A stretch of DNA of 64,000 nucleotides from Chitinophagaceae bacterium. Lineage in GTDB: Bacteria; Bacteroidota; Bacteroidia; Chitinophagales; Chitinophagaceae. The translations under genes and the position numbers were made by a program. The notes beneath the pieces were generated by a model. That model was given only the letters and a program-made list of their open reading frames with translations. It did no database searches and was not told the origin of the DNA. This document shows positions 51,577-59,938 of this stretch, piece by piece. Each line of letters starts with the position of its first letter. Position 1 is the first letter of the stretch. The stretch spans positions 944 through 64,943 of the forward strand of contig DATCOF010000331.1 in assembly GCA_036564845.1 (NCBI GenBank). The letters run 5' to 3'.

Positions 51577-51607
51577 AAACCCTCTAAATCTCCCTAAAGG
51601 GAGACTT
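51577..51607. repeat. Palindromic element, copy 5, immediately after the tuf stop
   Basis: aaaccctctaaatctccctaaagggagactt. Confidence 0.85.
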
Positions 51608-51628
51608 AGGAAAGTTTCATAAATTTGC

Positions 51629-51660
51629 AAAGTACCTTGGGGTAATACCTTTGGTACTTT
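51629..51660 (+). terminator. Hairpin after tuf
   Basis: AAAGTACC...GGTACTTT followed by gttatt. Confidence 0.6.
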
Positions 51661-51700
51661 GTTATTAATAAAAGTTCTTTAAATAATTCGAACCTTCATA

Positions 51701-51730
51701 AGCCTCCCTTTAGGGAGGTTTGGAGGGTTT
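51701..51730. repeat. Palindromic element, copy 6, inverted relative to copy 5, 3 nt before tRNA-Trp
   Basis: agcctccctttagggaggtttggagggttt; reverse complement aaaccctccaaacctccctaaagggaggct. Confidence 0.85.
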
Positions 51731-51733
51731 CTT

Positions 51734-51804
51734 ACGGGCATAGTTCAATGGTAGAATAGAGGTCTCCAAAACCTTTGATCAGGGTTCGAATCCTTGTGCC
51801 CGTG
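51734..51804 (+). tRNA. tRNA-Trp(CCA)
   Basis: ACGGGCA/TGCCCGT, gaggt-ct-CCA-aa-acctt. Confidence 0.94.
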
Positions 51805-51810
51805 CAAAGG

Positions 51811-51868
51811 AATTTGAAATTTGAAATTTGATCAGAGGTTTTTAATCTCAAATTTTTAATCTCAAATT
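51811..51868. repeat. Heptamer array (aatttga x3) followed by a partly complementary 14-mer doublet
   Basis: aatttga x3 (51811-51831); tttttaatctcaaa x2 (51839-51866). Confidence 0.65.
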
Positions 51869-51881
51869 AGAAATAAAAAAT

Positions 51882-52076
51882 ATGAATAAGATATCAGCAT
51901 ACATCAGAGACTCCTACAAAGAGATGGGAGAAAAAGTAACCTGGCCAAACTGGGAACAATTACAACAGTCTACCATGATCGTTTTGGTGGCAACTCTTTT
52001 TATAACAGCTATCGTTGGCGTTATGGACTTTGGACTTAATGGGATACTAAAATTTGTTTATTCTTTATTTAAATAA
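51882..52076 (+). CDS. secE: Preprotein translocase subunit SecE
   Basis: KVTWPNW motif, one TM, tRNA-Trp-secE-nusG synteny. Confidence 0.93.
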   Translation: MNKISAYIRDSYKEMGEKVTWPNWEQLQQSTMIVLVATLFITAIVGVMDFGLNGILKFVYSLFK

Positions 52077-52078
52077 AA

Positions 52079-52813
52079 ATGCAAGACATAGATAACATAG
52101 AAGAAAGTAACGAGGTAGAAGAAGCAATTTCTGAAAACGAAGGAGCGATTACTGAAGATACTTCTGAAAACGATTCACCAGTTGCCAAAGAAACTTCTGA
52201 AAACGAACCAACAGTAAACGAAAGTACTTCTGTAACAGAAGTAGCGCCTGAAAAGGAAAGCAAATGGTATGTGCTTCGCGTTGTTAGTGGCAAAGAGCGT
52301 AAAGTAAAAGAGTATTTGGATAAAGACATCATCCGTAATGGATGGGCTACTATCATAAAGCAAATATTTTTACCGGTAGAGAAAGTATACAAAGTTCAGA
52401 ACGGTAAAAAAGTAATGAGAGAAAGAAATTTCTATCCGGGTTATGTAATGATAGAAGTGGAGCATGGAAAACTTTCTGATGAAATGGTTCAGCATCTCAG
52501 CAACATTAGTAACGTAATGCATTTTTTAACTGATGGCAAAGGTTCAAAAGGAATGATCATTTCTCTTCGCAAAGCTGAGGTTAACAAAATGCTTGGCAAG
52601 GTTGATGAAATGGCTGATGCAAGCGGTATTAAAATGAGTGAGCCATTTATTATTGGTGAAACAATTAAGATCATAGATGGACCGTTCAACGATTTTAATG
52701 GTGTGATTGAAGAAGTAAATGATGAAAAAAAGAAATTAAAAGTCCAGGTAAAAATATTTGGAAGAGCGACTCCTGTAGAACTCAATTATATGCAGGTAGA
52801 AAAATTAGTATAA
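52079..52813 (+). CDS. nusG: Transcription termination/antitermination factor NusG with a ~60-aa acidic N-terminal extension
   Basis: KWYVLRVVSGKE, FYPGYV, KOW domain IIDGPFNDFNG...IFGRATPVEL. Confidence 0.95.
   Translation: MQDIDNIEESNEVEEAISENEGAITEDTSENDSPVAKETSENEPTVNESTSVTEVAPEKESKWYVLRVVSGKERKVKEYLDKDIIRNGWATIIKQIFLPVEKVYKVQNGKKVMRERNFYPGYVMIEVEHGKLSDEMVQHLSNISNVMHFLTDGKGSKGMIISLRKAEVNKMLGKVDEMADASGIKMSEPFIIGETIKIIDGPFNDFNGVIEEVNDEKKKLKVQVKIFGRATPVELNYMQVEKLV
52129..52239 (+). repeat. 33-nt-period repeat in the nusG N-terminal extension
   Basis: ttctgaaaacga at 52129, 52162 and 52195, and a degenerate ttctgtaacaga at 52228. Confidence 0.8.
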
Positions 52814-52819
52814 ACTTTT

Positions 52820-52844
52820 AAGAGCCGCATTTTGTGGCTCTTTT
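52820..52844 (+). terminator. Intrinsic terminator after nusG
   Basis: AAGAGCCGC-ATTTT-GTGGCTCTT followed by TT. Confidence 0.7.
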
Positions 52845-52863
52845 GTTTAAAAAAGCTATTGAT

Positions 52864-53331
52864 TTGAAAAAATTATTTTTATTTATTTCTATTCTTATAG
52901 CTTCCTTAAATGTTATTGCGCAACCTCCTGAAGGCCCTGCAAACAAAGGGATGAACTTTGGTGTTGCAATAACAGAAAAAGGTGCTGTTAATGCAAGTGG
53001 TCTGACTTCTTTATTAGATCCTAAAGAATCAAAAGAAATAAAAGTAAAAGGCATAGTAGTTGAAGTTTGTAAAGCCGAAGGCTGTTGGCTGCGCATTGAA
53101 ACAGCAAGCGGAACAATGATGGTAATAATGAAAGACCATTCGTTTTTTGTGCCCGTTTCAATGACAGGAAAAACCATTGTTGCAGATGGAACAGCAACAG
53201 TAAAAGAAACGTCTGTTGAAATGCTTCGCCATTATGCAGAAGATGGTGGAAAATCTAAAGAAGAAATTGCTGCAATTAAAGAACCCAAAAAAGAAATTGT
53301 ACTCCAGGCAAAAGGAATACTCGTATTGTAA
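52864..53331 (+). CDS. Exported DUF4920-like protein (likely TTG start at 52864; the track's GTG lies inside the terminator)
   Basis: Signal peptide, then VEVCKAEGCWL, KDHSFFVP, SVEMLRHYAED. Family name is from memory. Confidence 0.75.
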   Translation: MKKLFLFISILIASLNVIAQPPEGPANKGMNFGVAITEKGAVNASGLTSLLDPKESKEIKVKGIVVEVCKAEGCWLRIETASGTMMVIMKDHSFFVPVSMTGKTIVADGTATVKETSVEMLRHYAEDGGKSKEEIAAIKEPKKEIVLQAKGILVL

Positions 53332-53385
53332 AACACCCTTCTGGATTATCTTTCAAAAATTGATTGCACAATAAAATTATTTACC

Positions 53386-53393
53386 TACCTTTG
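53386..53393 (+). promoter_or_regulatory. -7 promoter element for rplK
   Basis: TACCTTTG, with TTG 19 nt upstream. Confidence 0.65.
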
Positions 53394-53428
53394 CCCTCCC
53401 AAAAAAGTTCTTTTAGAATAATATTGAA

Positions 53429-53466
53429 TTGGGAGTCCTGAGCTTGTCGACGGACGCTAAAACCAA
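53429..53466 (+). promoter_or_regulatory. L1-binding autoregulatory mRNA element in the rplK leader
   Basis: TTGGGAG-TCC-loop-GGA-CGCTAAAACCAA has the same architecture as the E. coli rplK leader (GGGGAG-stem-CGUUAUUACCC), recalled from memory. Confidence 0.7.
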
Positions 53467-53476
53467 AAATTAAAAT

Positions 53477-53920
53477 ATGGCAAAAGAAGTAACAGGCTTT
53501 GTCAAACTCCAATGCAAAGGAGGTCAAGCCAACCCGGCACCACCAATTGGTCCGGCACTAGGTTCCAAAGGAATCAACATCATGGAGTTCTGCAAACAAT
53601 TTAATGCAAGAACCCAGGATAAACAGGGAAAAGTTCTTCCCGTTCTCATTACAGTTTATGGTGATAAATCGTTTGATTTTGTAATTAAAACACCTCCGGC
53701 TGCAGTACAATTAAAAGACGCTGCAAAAATTGCAAGCGGCAGTAAAGAACCCAATCGCTCAAAAGTTGGTAAAGTAACCTGGGATCAGGTTGAAGAAATT
53801 GCTAAAGACAAAATGGAAGATCTAAATGCTTTCAGTCTTAACAGCGCCATGAGAATGATTGCAGGTACAGCACGCAGTATGGGTTTAACCGTTGATGGTA
53901 AAGCTCCCTGGGAAAATTAA
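53477..53920 (+). CDS. rplK: 50S ribosomal protein L11
   Basis: [25 protein letters not shown]. Confidence 0.99.
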   Translation: MAKEVTGFVKLQCKGGQANPAPPIGPALGSKGINIMEFCKQFNARTQDKQGKVLPVLITVYGDKSFDFVIKTPPAAVQLKDAAKIASGSKEPNRSKVGKVTWDQVEEIAKDKMEDLNAFSLNSAMRMIAGTARSMGLTVDGKAPWEN

Positions 53921-53956
53921 TTACAACATCTGCCGCAAGGCGAAAAATAATTTACA

Positions 53957-54646
53957 ATGATCACTAAAAAAAGAAAAGTTGTTAATGCTAAAATAGAGAA
54001 GGATAAAACTTACTCTCTAAAAGAAGCATCTACTTTGGTAAAAGAAATTAATACAACAAAATTTGATAGCTCTGTTGATCTGCATATCCGTTTAGGTGTT
54101 GATCCTAAAAAAGCAGACCAGGCAGTTAGAGGAACAGTTTCGCTTCCTCATGGTACCGGAAGAACTAAAAGGGTTTTGGTGCTTTGTACTCCTGATAAAG
54201 AAGAAGCTGCAAAAGCTGCAGGTGCTGATTATGTGGGATTAGATGAATACATCGCAAAGATCGAAGGTGGATGGACAGATGTTGATGTAATTGTTGCTAC
54301 ACCTTCGGTGATGCCTAAGATTGGTAGATTAGGTAAAGTGCTTGGCCCACGTAACCTTATGCCAAACCCTAAAACCGGTACAGTAACAAATGATGTTGCT
54401 GCTGCAGTTAACGATGTAAAAGGTGGTAAAATTTCTTTTAAAGTAGATAAGGTTGGAATTATTCATGCTTCTGTTGGTCGTGTGAGTTTTTCACCTGATA
54501 AGATCGAAGCTAATAGTCAGGAACTTATCAATACGATAATGAAACTAAAACCTTCCAGTTCAAAAGGTACTTACCTTAAAGGATTGAGCATGGCAAGCAC
54601 AATGAGCCCTGGTATTGCAATTGATACTAAATCTGTGCAGAACTAA
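53957..54646 (+). CDS. rplA: 50S ribosomal protein L1
   Basis: [36 protein letters not shown]. Confidence 0.99.
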   Translation: MITKKRKVVNAKIEKDKTYSLKEASTLVKEINTTKFDSSVDLHIRLGVDPKKADQAVRGTVSLPHGTGRTKRVLVLCTPDKEEAAKAAGADYVGLDEYIAKIEGGWTDVDVIVATPSVMPKIGRLGKVLGPRNLMPNPKTGTVTNDVAAAVNDVKGGKISFKVDKVGIIHASVGRVSFSPDKIEANSQELINTIMKLKPSSSKGTYLKGLSMASTMSPGIAIDTKSVQN

Positions 54647-54691
54647 TTTTAATACGCATGGTTTGTGAAAACAAATCTTAAAAATAATTTT

Positions 54692-55327
54692 ATGACAAAA
54701 GAACAAAAGCAGGAAGTTATTGAGGCTTTGAAAAGCAAATTCAGCCAATACAATAATTTCTACATTACTGACACGGAGAATTTATCTGTTGCACAAATCA
54801 CCAATTTACGCAGGCATTGCTTTAACAAGCAGGTTGAAGTAAAAGTGGCTAAAAATACATTGATAAAAAAGGCATTGGAAAGTTTAGATAATGAAAAGTA
54901 TGCAGGTGTATACGATTCATTGCATAAGGTTACTGCACTAATGTTTAGCGAAAATCCTAAAGATCCTGCAGTTATTATCAGCAGTTTCCGCAAACAAATA
55001 AACGGGGAAAAACCACTTTTAAAAGCGGCGTTTCTTAATGGTGATATTTTTGTTGGTAATGATCAGTTATTGGCTTTGACTAAGATCAAAACTAAAAATG
55101 AATTGATCGGTGAAGTTATCAGTTTGTTACAATCACCAATTCAACGTGTACTTGGCGCATTGCAAAACAGGCCTGAGGCTGGAGATAATGCAACTCCAAC
55201 TGAAGGTACATCTGAAGCTACGGCTAAAACTGAACCGGCAAATACCGAAGAAGCAGCAAGTGCACCTGAAACAACTAACCCCGAACCAACTGCTGACGCA
55301 GCTCCGGAAACAAAACCAGAAGCATAA
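54692..55327 (+). CDS. rplJ: 50S ribosomal protein L10 with a ~50-aa Ala/Glu/Thr/Pro-rich C-terminal tail (likely start MTKEQK)
   Basis: VAKNTLIKKAL, LIGEVISLLQSP, rplA-rplJ-rplL synteny. Confidence 0.94.
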   Translation: MTKEQKQEVIEALKSKFSQYNNFYITDTENLSVAQITNLRRHCFNKQVEVKVAKNTLIKKALESLDNEKYAGVYDSLHKVTALMFSENPKDPAVIISSFRKQINGEKPLLKAAFLNGDIFVGNDQLLALTKIKTKNELIGEVISLLQSPIQRVLGALQNRPEAGDNATPTEGTSEATAKTEPANTEEAASAPETTNPEPTADAAPETKPEA

Positions 55328-55356
55328 TAAATAATTTTTAATAAACCATCCGGCGG

Positions 55357-55372
55357 ATCCGCCTAAGGCGGA
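55357..55372. repeat. Short GC-rich palindrome TCCGCC-TAA-GGCGGA between rplJ and rplL
   Basis: Direct reading; single copy in the window. Confidence 0.5.
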
Positions 55373-55399
55373 GCAGAAGTCGGAAATAAAACAAAAAAC

Positions 55400-55774
55400 A
55401 TGGCAGACGTAAAACAATTAGCTGAAAACTTAGTAGGCTTAACAGTAAAAGAAGTTCAGGAATTAGCTGAATTCTTAAAATCAGAATATGGTATTGAACC
55501 GGCAGCAGTGTCAGTTGCAGCAGGTCCAAGTGATGGCGGTGGTGCAGCAGCAGTTGAAGAAAAAACATCTTTTGATGTTATTCTTAAATCTCCGGGTGCT
55601 AATAAATTAGGTATCGTTAAGATCGTTAAAGAACTTACAGGCCTTGGTTTAAAAGAAGCAAAAGATCTTGTTGACGGAGCTCCAAAAGCAATAAAAGAAG
55701 GTGTTGATAAAGCAACTTCTGAAGAGATAAAGAACAGGCTTACAGAAGCCGGTGCTGACGTAGAGATTCAATAA
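55400..55774 (+). CDS. rplL: 50S ribosomal protein L7/L12
   Basis: [35 protein letters not shown]. Confidence 0.99.
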   Translation: MADVKQLAENLVGLTVKEVQELAEFLKSEYGIEPAAVSVAAGPSDGGGAAAVEEKTSFDVILKSPGANKLGIVKIVKELTGLGLKEAKDLVDGAPKAIKEGVDKATSEEIKNRLTEAGADVEIQ

Positions 55775-55791
55775 TTTGAATAAAGATGCTT

Positions 55792-55821
55792 TAAAAGCCG
55801 GGGAGAAATCTCTGGCTTTTA
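55792..55821 (+). terminator. Intrinsic terminator after rplL
   Basis: AAAAGCCGGGGA-GAAA-TCTCTGGCTTTT. Confidence 0.8.
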
Positions 55822-55920
55822 TACGTTGATAAAAATGGCAAAAGGTGATGGATAATTACAAAATTTAATTAAATTTATTCCGATAAAGAATACTATATTA
55901 AATTTTTGGATATTTTCCCT

Positions 55921-55928
55921 TACTTTTG
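55921..55928 (+). promoter_or_regulatory. -7 promoter element for rpoBC
   Basis: TACTTTTG, about 90 nt upstream of rpoB. Confidence 0.6.
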
Positions 55929-56018
55929 CACTCCTTTAATTTTGGATTAAGTGGCTTTATGCCTTGTTTTTAAATCCGGTTACAGGCACTTCTACACTTT
56001 AAAAGTTTTAACTACAAT

Positions 56019-59000
56019 ATGGCTTCAACTAAAGTAGCTCCTGCTAAAAGAATCAACTTCGGAAAAATTGAACATCTGGCTGAGACTCCCGATCTGCTTG
56101 GAATACAAATCCAATCATTTAAAGATTTTTTTCAATTAGAAACAACTCCTGACAAAAGAAATGTTGAGGGTTTATTTCGTGTGTTTAAGGAAAATTTTCC
56201 TATCACCGATACCCGTAACATTTTCGTTCTTGAGTTTCTGGATTATTTCGTTGATCCACCACGTTACACAATTGAAGAATGTATTGAAAGAGGTTTAACC
56301 TATGCTGTTCCTCTTAAAGCAAAGCTTCGCCTTAGCTGTAATGATGAAGAGCACGTAGATTTCCAAACCATTGTTCAGGATGTGTTCTTAGGAAACATTC
56401 CTTACATGACGCCCCGTGGTACTTTTGTTATCAATGGTGCTGAAAGGGTAGTAGTTTCCCAGTTACACCGTTCACCGGGTGTATTCTTTGGTCAGTCAGT
56501 TCATCCAAACGGTACCAAGATTTACTCTGCAAGAGTAATTCCATTTAAAGGTGCATGGATGGAATTTGCAACTGACATCAACAATGTGATGTATGCATAT
56601 ATTGATCGTAAGAAAAAATTTCCTGTAACAACATTGCTTCGTTCTATCGGTTATGAAACTGATAAAGACATTCTTGAATTATTCGGAATGGCTGTAGAAG
56701 TTAAAGCAGATAAAAAAACATTACATGCCAACATCGGTAAAAGATTAGCGGCCCGTGTTCTTCGTAGCTGGGTTGAAGATTTTGTGGATGAAGATACCGG
56801 AGAGGTTGTTAGTTTAGAAAGAAACGAGATCGTTCTTGAAAGAGATACAATTCTTGATGAAGAGAATGTTGCAATGATCCTTGAGCTGAGTGTGAAAAGT
56901 GTTTTCATCCAGAGAGAAGAGGTGAGCGGCGATTATGCGATCATCTACAATACATTAAATAAAGATACTTCCAACAGTGAAATAGAAGCAGTACAGCACA
57001 TTTACCGCCAGTTGCGTGGTGCTGATGCTCCCGATGATGAAACTGCAAGAGGTATAATTGATAAATTATTCTTTAGTGATAAGCGTTATGACCTTGGTGA
57101 AGTGGGTCGTTATAAGATCAACAGAAAGCTAGGTTTAAATTACCCTATTGAGAAAAAGACATTAACCAAAGAAGATATAATTGCGATCATAAAATACCTG
57201 GTGTTGTTAACCAATGCTAAAAGTGAGATCGATGATATTGATCATTTAAGTAACCGTCGTGTACGTACAGTGGGAGAGCAATTATACGCTCAGTTCGGTG
57301 TTGGTCTTGCACGTATGGCTCGTACCATTCGCGAAAGAATGAACGTTCGTGACAATGAGGTATTTACTCCTGTTGATCTTATCAATGCGAGAACATTATC
57401 TTCTGTTATCAATTCATTCTTTGGTACATCGCAATTATCACAATTCTTAGATCAGACAAATCCATTGTCAGAGATAACGCACAAGCGTCGTATCTCAGCA
57501 CTTGGGCCCGGTGGTTTAAGTCGTGAGAGAGCCGGTTTCGAGGTTCGTGACGTTCACTATTCTCACTACGGTCGTCTTTGTACAATTGAAACTCCTGAAG
57601 GACCAAACATTGGTTTGATATCTACACTTTGTGTTCATGCCAAGATCAATGAAATGGGCTTTATCGAAACTCCTTATCATAAGGTTAGTGATGGTAAAGT
57701 AGATATGAAAAAAGTTACTTTCCTTAGTGCTGAAGAAGAAGACACAAAGAAGATTGCACAGGCAAACGTTGGGGTTGATGATAAAGGAAACTTTATAGAA
57801 GATAAAATAAAATCAAGGCAAACAGGCGACTTCCCGATATTAGATAAAGGTGAAGTTGAATACATGGATGTTGCGCCAAATCAAATTGTTGGTTTGAGTG
57901 CTTCTCTTATTCCTTTCCTTGAGCATGATGATGCTAACCGTGCTTTGATGGGTTCAAACATGCAACGTCAGGCAGTTCCATTGATCCGTCCGCAGGTTCC
58001 AATTGTTGGAACAGGATTGGAAGCTAAGGCTGCACGTGATGCAAGAATCCAGATCCATGCTGATGGTGATGGTGTAATTGAATTTGTTGATGCTAACGAA
58101 ATTCATGTTCGTTACAACAGGAATCAAACTCAAAAATTAATAAGCTTTGATGAAGATCTTATCATTTACAAGCTTACTAAATTTATAAAAACAAACCAGG
58201 CAACCTGTATCAATCTTCGTCCTGCTGTTAAAAAAGGACAGGTTGTAAAAGAAGGAGATTTCTTAACGGAAGGTTATGCAACAAAAGATGGCGAATTAGC
58301 GCTGGGACGTAATCTTAAAGTGGCATTCATGCCATGGAAAGGTTACAACTTTGAGGATGCTATCGTTATCAGTGAGAAAGTTGTTAAGGAAGATCTTTTT
58401 ACTTCAATCCATATTGATGAATTTGAATTGGAAGTGCGTGATACAAAATTAGGTGAAGAAGAATTGACTCCGGATATTCCTAATGTAAGTGAAGAAGCTA
58501 CAAAAGATCTGGATACAAATGGTGTTATAAGAATTGGTGCTCATGTAAAAGAAGGTGATATCATCATCGGAAAAATTACTCCAAAAGGTGAAAGCGATCC
58601 AACTCCTGAAGAGAAGTTGTTGAGAGCGATCTTTGGTGATAAAGCCGGTGATGCAAAAGATGCTTCTTTAAAAGCACCGAGCGGAACAGAGGGCGTTGTG
58701 ATAGATAAAAAATTATTCCAGAGAGCTAAGAAAGATAAGAACGGAAAAGTAAAAGAAAAAGCTTCTTTAGAAAAGATTGAAAAAACACATGAGAAAAACG
58801 AAGCTGATATTTTAGAAGTATTAATAAGCAAATTGCTTACTCTTACTAAAGATAAAAATTCAGCAGGCATCAGCAACAATTTTGGCGAGATATTGATTGG
58901 TAAAGGCGCTAAGGTAACGGCTAAAAACCTTGCTGGTATTGATTATCAGAACGTAAATCCTTTGGGATGGACTGCTGATGCAAAAGTTGATGATCACATC

Positions 59001-59828
59001 AATACTTTGTTGCACAACTACAACATTAAGTACAACGAAGAATTAGGAAGATACAAGAGAGAGAAATTCAACATCTCTATCGGTGATGAATTACCGGCTG
59101 GTGTTTTAAAACTTGCTAAAGTTTATTTGGCTGTTAAGCGTAAACTAAAAGTGGGTGATAAGATGGCGGGTCGTCACGGTAATAAAGGAATCGTTGCAAA
59201 AATTGTTCGCCAGGAAGATATGCCTTTCCTTGAAGACGGAACACCTGTTGATATCGTATTGAATCCATTAGGTGTACCGAGCAGGATGAACCTTGGACAG
59301 ATATATGAAACTGTTCTTGGATGGGCCGGCGAAAAATTAGGTTGCCGTTTTGCAACACCAATTTTTGATGGTGCTTCTGTTGATGAAATTGCTGAGCAGG
59401 TTGCTAAAGCAGGTCTTCCATTATTCGGTCATACTTATTTGTATGATGGAGAAACAGGAGATCGCTTTGATCAGAAAGCAACAGTTGGTATCATTTACAT
59501 TATTAAACTTCACCACATGGTTGATGATAAGATGCATGCCCGTTCAATCGGACCATACAGCTTAATTACACAACAACCTTTAGGTGGTAAGGCACAGTTT
59601 GGTGGCCAGCGATTTGGTGAGATGGAAGTATGGGCTTTGGAAGCATACGGTGCATCAAACATTTTACAGGAGTTGTTGACTTTGAAATCAGATGATATCA
59701 TCGGAAGAGCTAAGACTTATGAGGCGATCGTTAAAGGTGATAATATTCCAAAACCAGGTGTTCCTGAATCATTCAATGTATTGGTTCATGAATTAAGAGG
59801 TCTTGGATTGGATCTGAAATTTGAGTAG
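56019..59828 (+). CDS. rpoB: DNA-directed RNA polymerase beta subunit
   Basis: [48 protein letters not shown]. Confidence 0.99.
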   Translation: MASTKVAPAKRINFGKIEHLAETPDLLGIQIQSFKDFFQLETTPDKRNVEGLFRVFKENFPITDTRNIFVLEFLDYFVDPPRYTIEECIERGLTYAVPLKAKLRLSCNDEEHVDFQTIVQDVFLGNIPYMTPRGTFVINGAERVVVSQLHRSPGVFFGQSVHPNGTKIYSARVIPFKGAWMEFATDINNVMYAYIDRKKKFPVTTLLRSIGYETDKDILELFGMAVEVKADKKTLHANIGKRLAARVLRSWVEDFVDEDTGEVVSLERNEIVLERDTILDEENVAMILELSVKSVFIQREEVSGDYAIIYNTLNKDTSNSEIEAVQHIYRQLRGADAPDDETARGIIDKLFFSDKRYDLGEVGRYKINRKLGLNYPIEKKTLTKEDIIAIIKYLVLLTNAKSEIDDIDHLSNRRVRTVGEQLYAQFGVGLARMARTIRERMNVRDNEVFTPVDLINARTLSSVINSFFGTSQLSQFLDQTNPLSEITHKRRISALGPGGLSRERAGFEVRDVHYSHYGRLCTIETPEGPNIGLISTLCVHAKINEMGFIETPYHKVSDGKVDMKKVTFLSAEEEDTKKIAQANVGVDDKGNFIEDKIKSRQTGDFPILDKGEVEYMDVAPNQIVGLSASLIPFLEHDDANRALMGSNMQRQAVPLIRPQVPIVGTGLEAKAARDARIQIHADGDGVIEFVDANEIHVRYNRNQTQKLISFDEDLIIYKLTKFIKTNQATCINLRPAVKKGQVVKEGDFLTEGYATKDGELALGRNLKVAFMPWKGYNFEDAIVISEKVVKEDLFTSIHIDEFELEVRDTKLGEEELTPDIPNVSEEATKDLDTNGVIRIGAHVKEGDIIIGKITPKGESDPTPEEKLLRAIFGDKAGDAKDASLKAPSGTEGVVIDKKLFQRAKKDKNGKVKEKASLEKIEKTHEKNEADILEVLISKLLTLTKDKNSAGISNNFGEILIGKGAKVTAKNLAGIDYQNVNPLGWTADAKVDDHINTLLHNYNIKYNEELGRYKREKFNISIGDELPAGVLKLAKVYLAVKRKLKVGDKMAGRHGNKGIVAKIVRQEDMPFLEDGTPVDIVLNPLGVPSRMNLGQIYETVLGWAGEKLGCRFATPIFDGASVDEIAEQVAKAGLPLFGHTYLYDGETGDRFDQKATVGIIYIIKLHHMVDDKMHARSIGPYSLITQQPLGGKAQFGGQRFGEMEVWALEAYGASNILQELLTLKSDDIIGRAKTYEAIVKGDNIPKPGVPESFNVLVHELRGLGLDLKFE

Positions 59829-59837
59829 AAGAAAACC

Positions 59838-59931
59838 AGCTATGAGCTTTGAGCCATGAGCTGTGAGTTAAAAAAATTATTAAACAAAAAATGCCGAGAG
59901 CTCATAGCTCGAAGCTGATAGCTAAAAGCTG
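59838..59931. repeat. Inverted pair of heptamer arrays between rpoB and rpoC
   Basis: agctatg agctttg agccatg agctgtg (59838-59865) and ctcatag ctcgaag ctgatag ctaaaag (59901-59928). Confidence 0.85.
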
Positions 59932-59938
59932 ATTTAAT

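Noticed and set aside
52834-52863. GTG start for the DUF4920-like gene and the upstream start at 45550 for the methyltransferase
   Set aside because: The first lies within the nusG terminator stem and the second overlaps the divergent gene's start. Downstream starts give cleaner N-termini.
54660-54677. GNRA hairpin before rplJ as an L10 leader
   Set aside because: A 7-bp GAAA-capped stem is present, but I could not identify the kink-turn consensus needed to call it.
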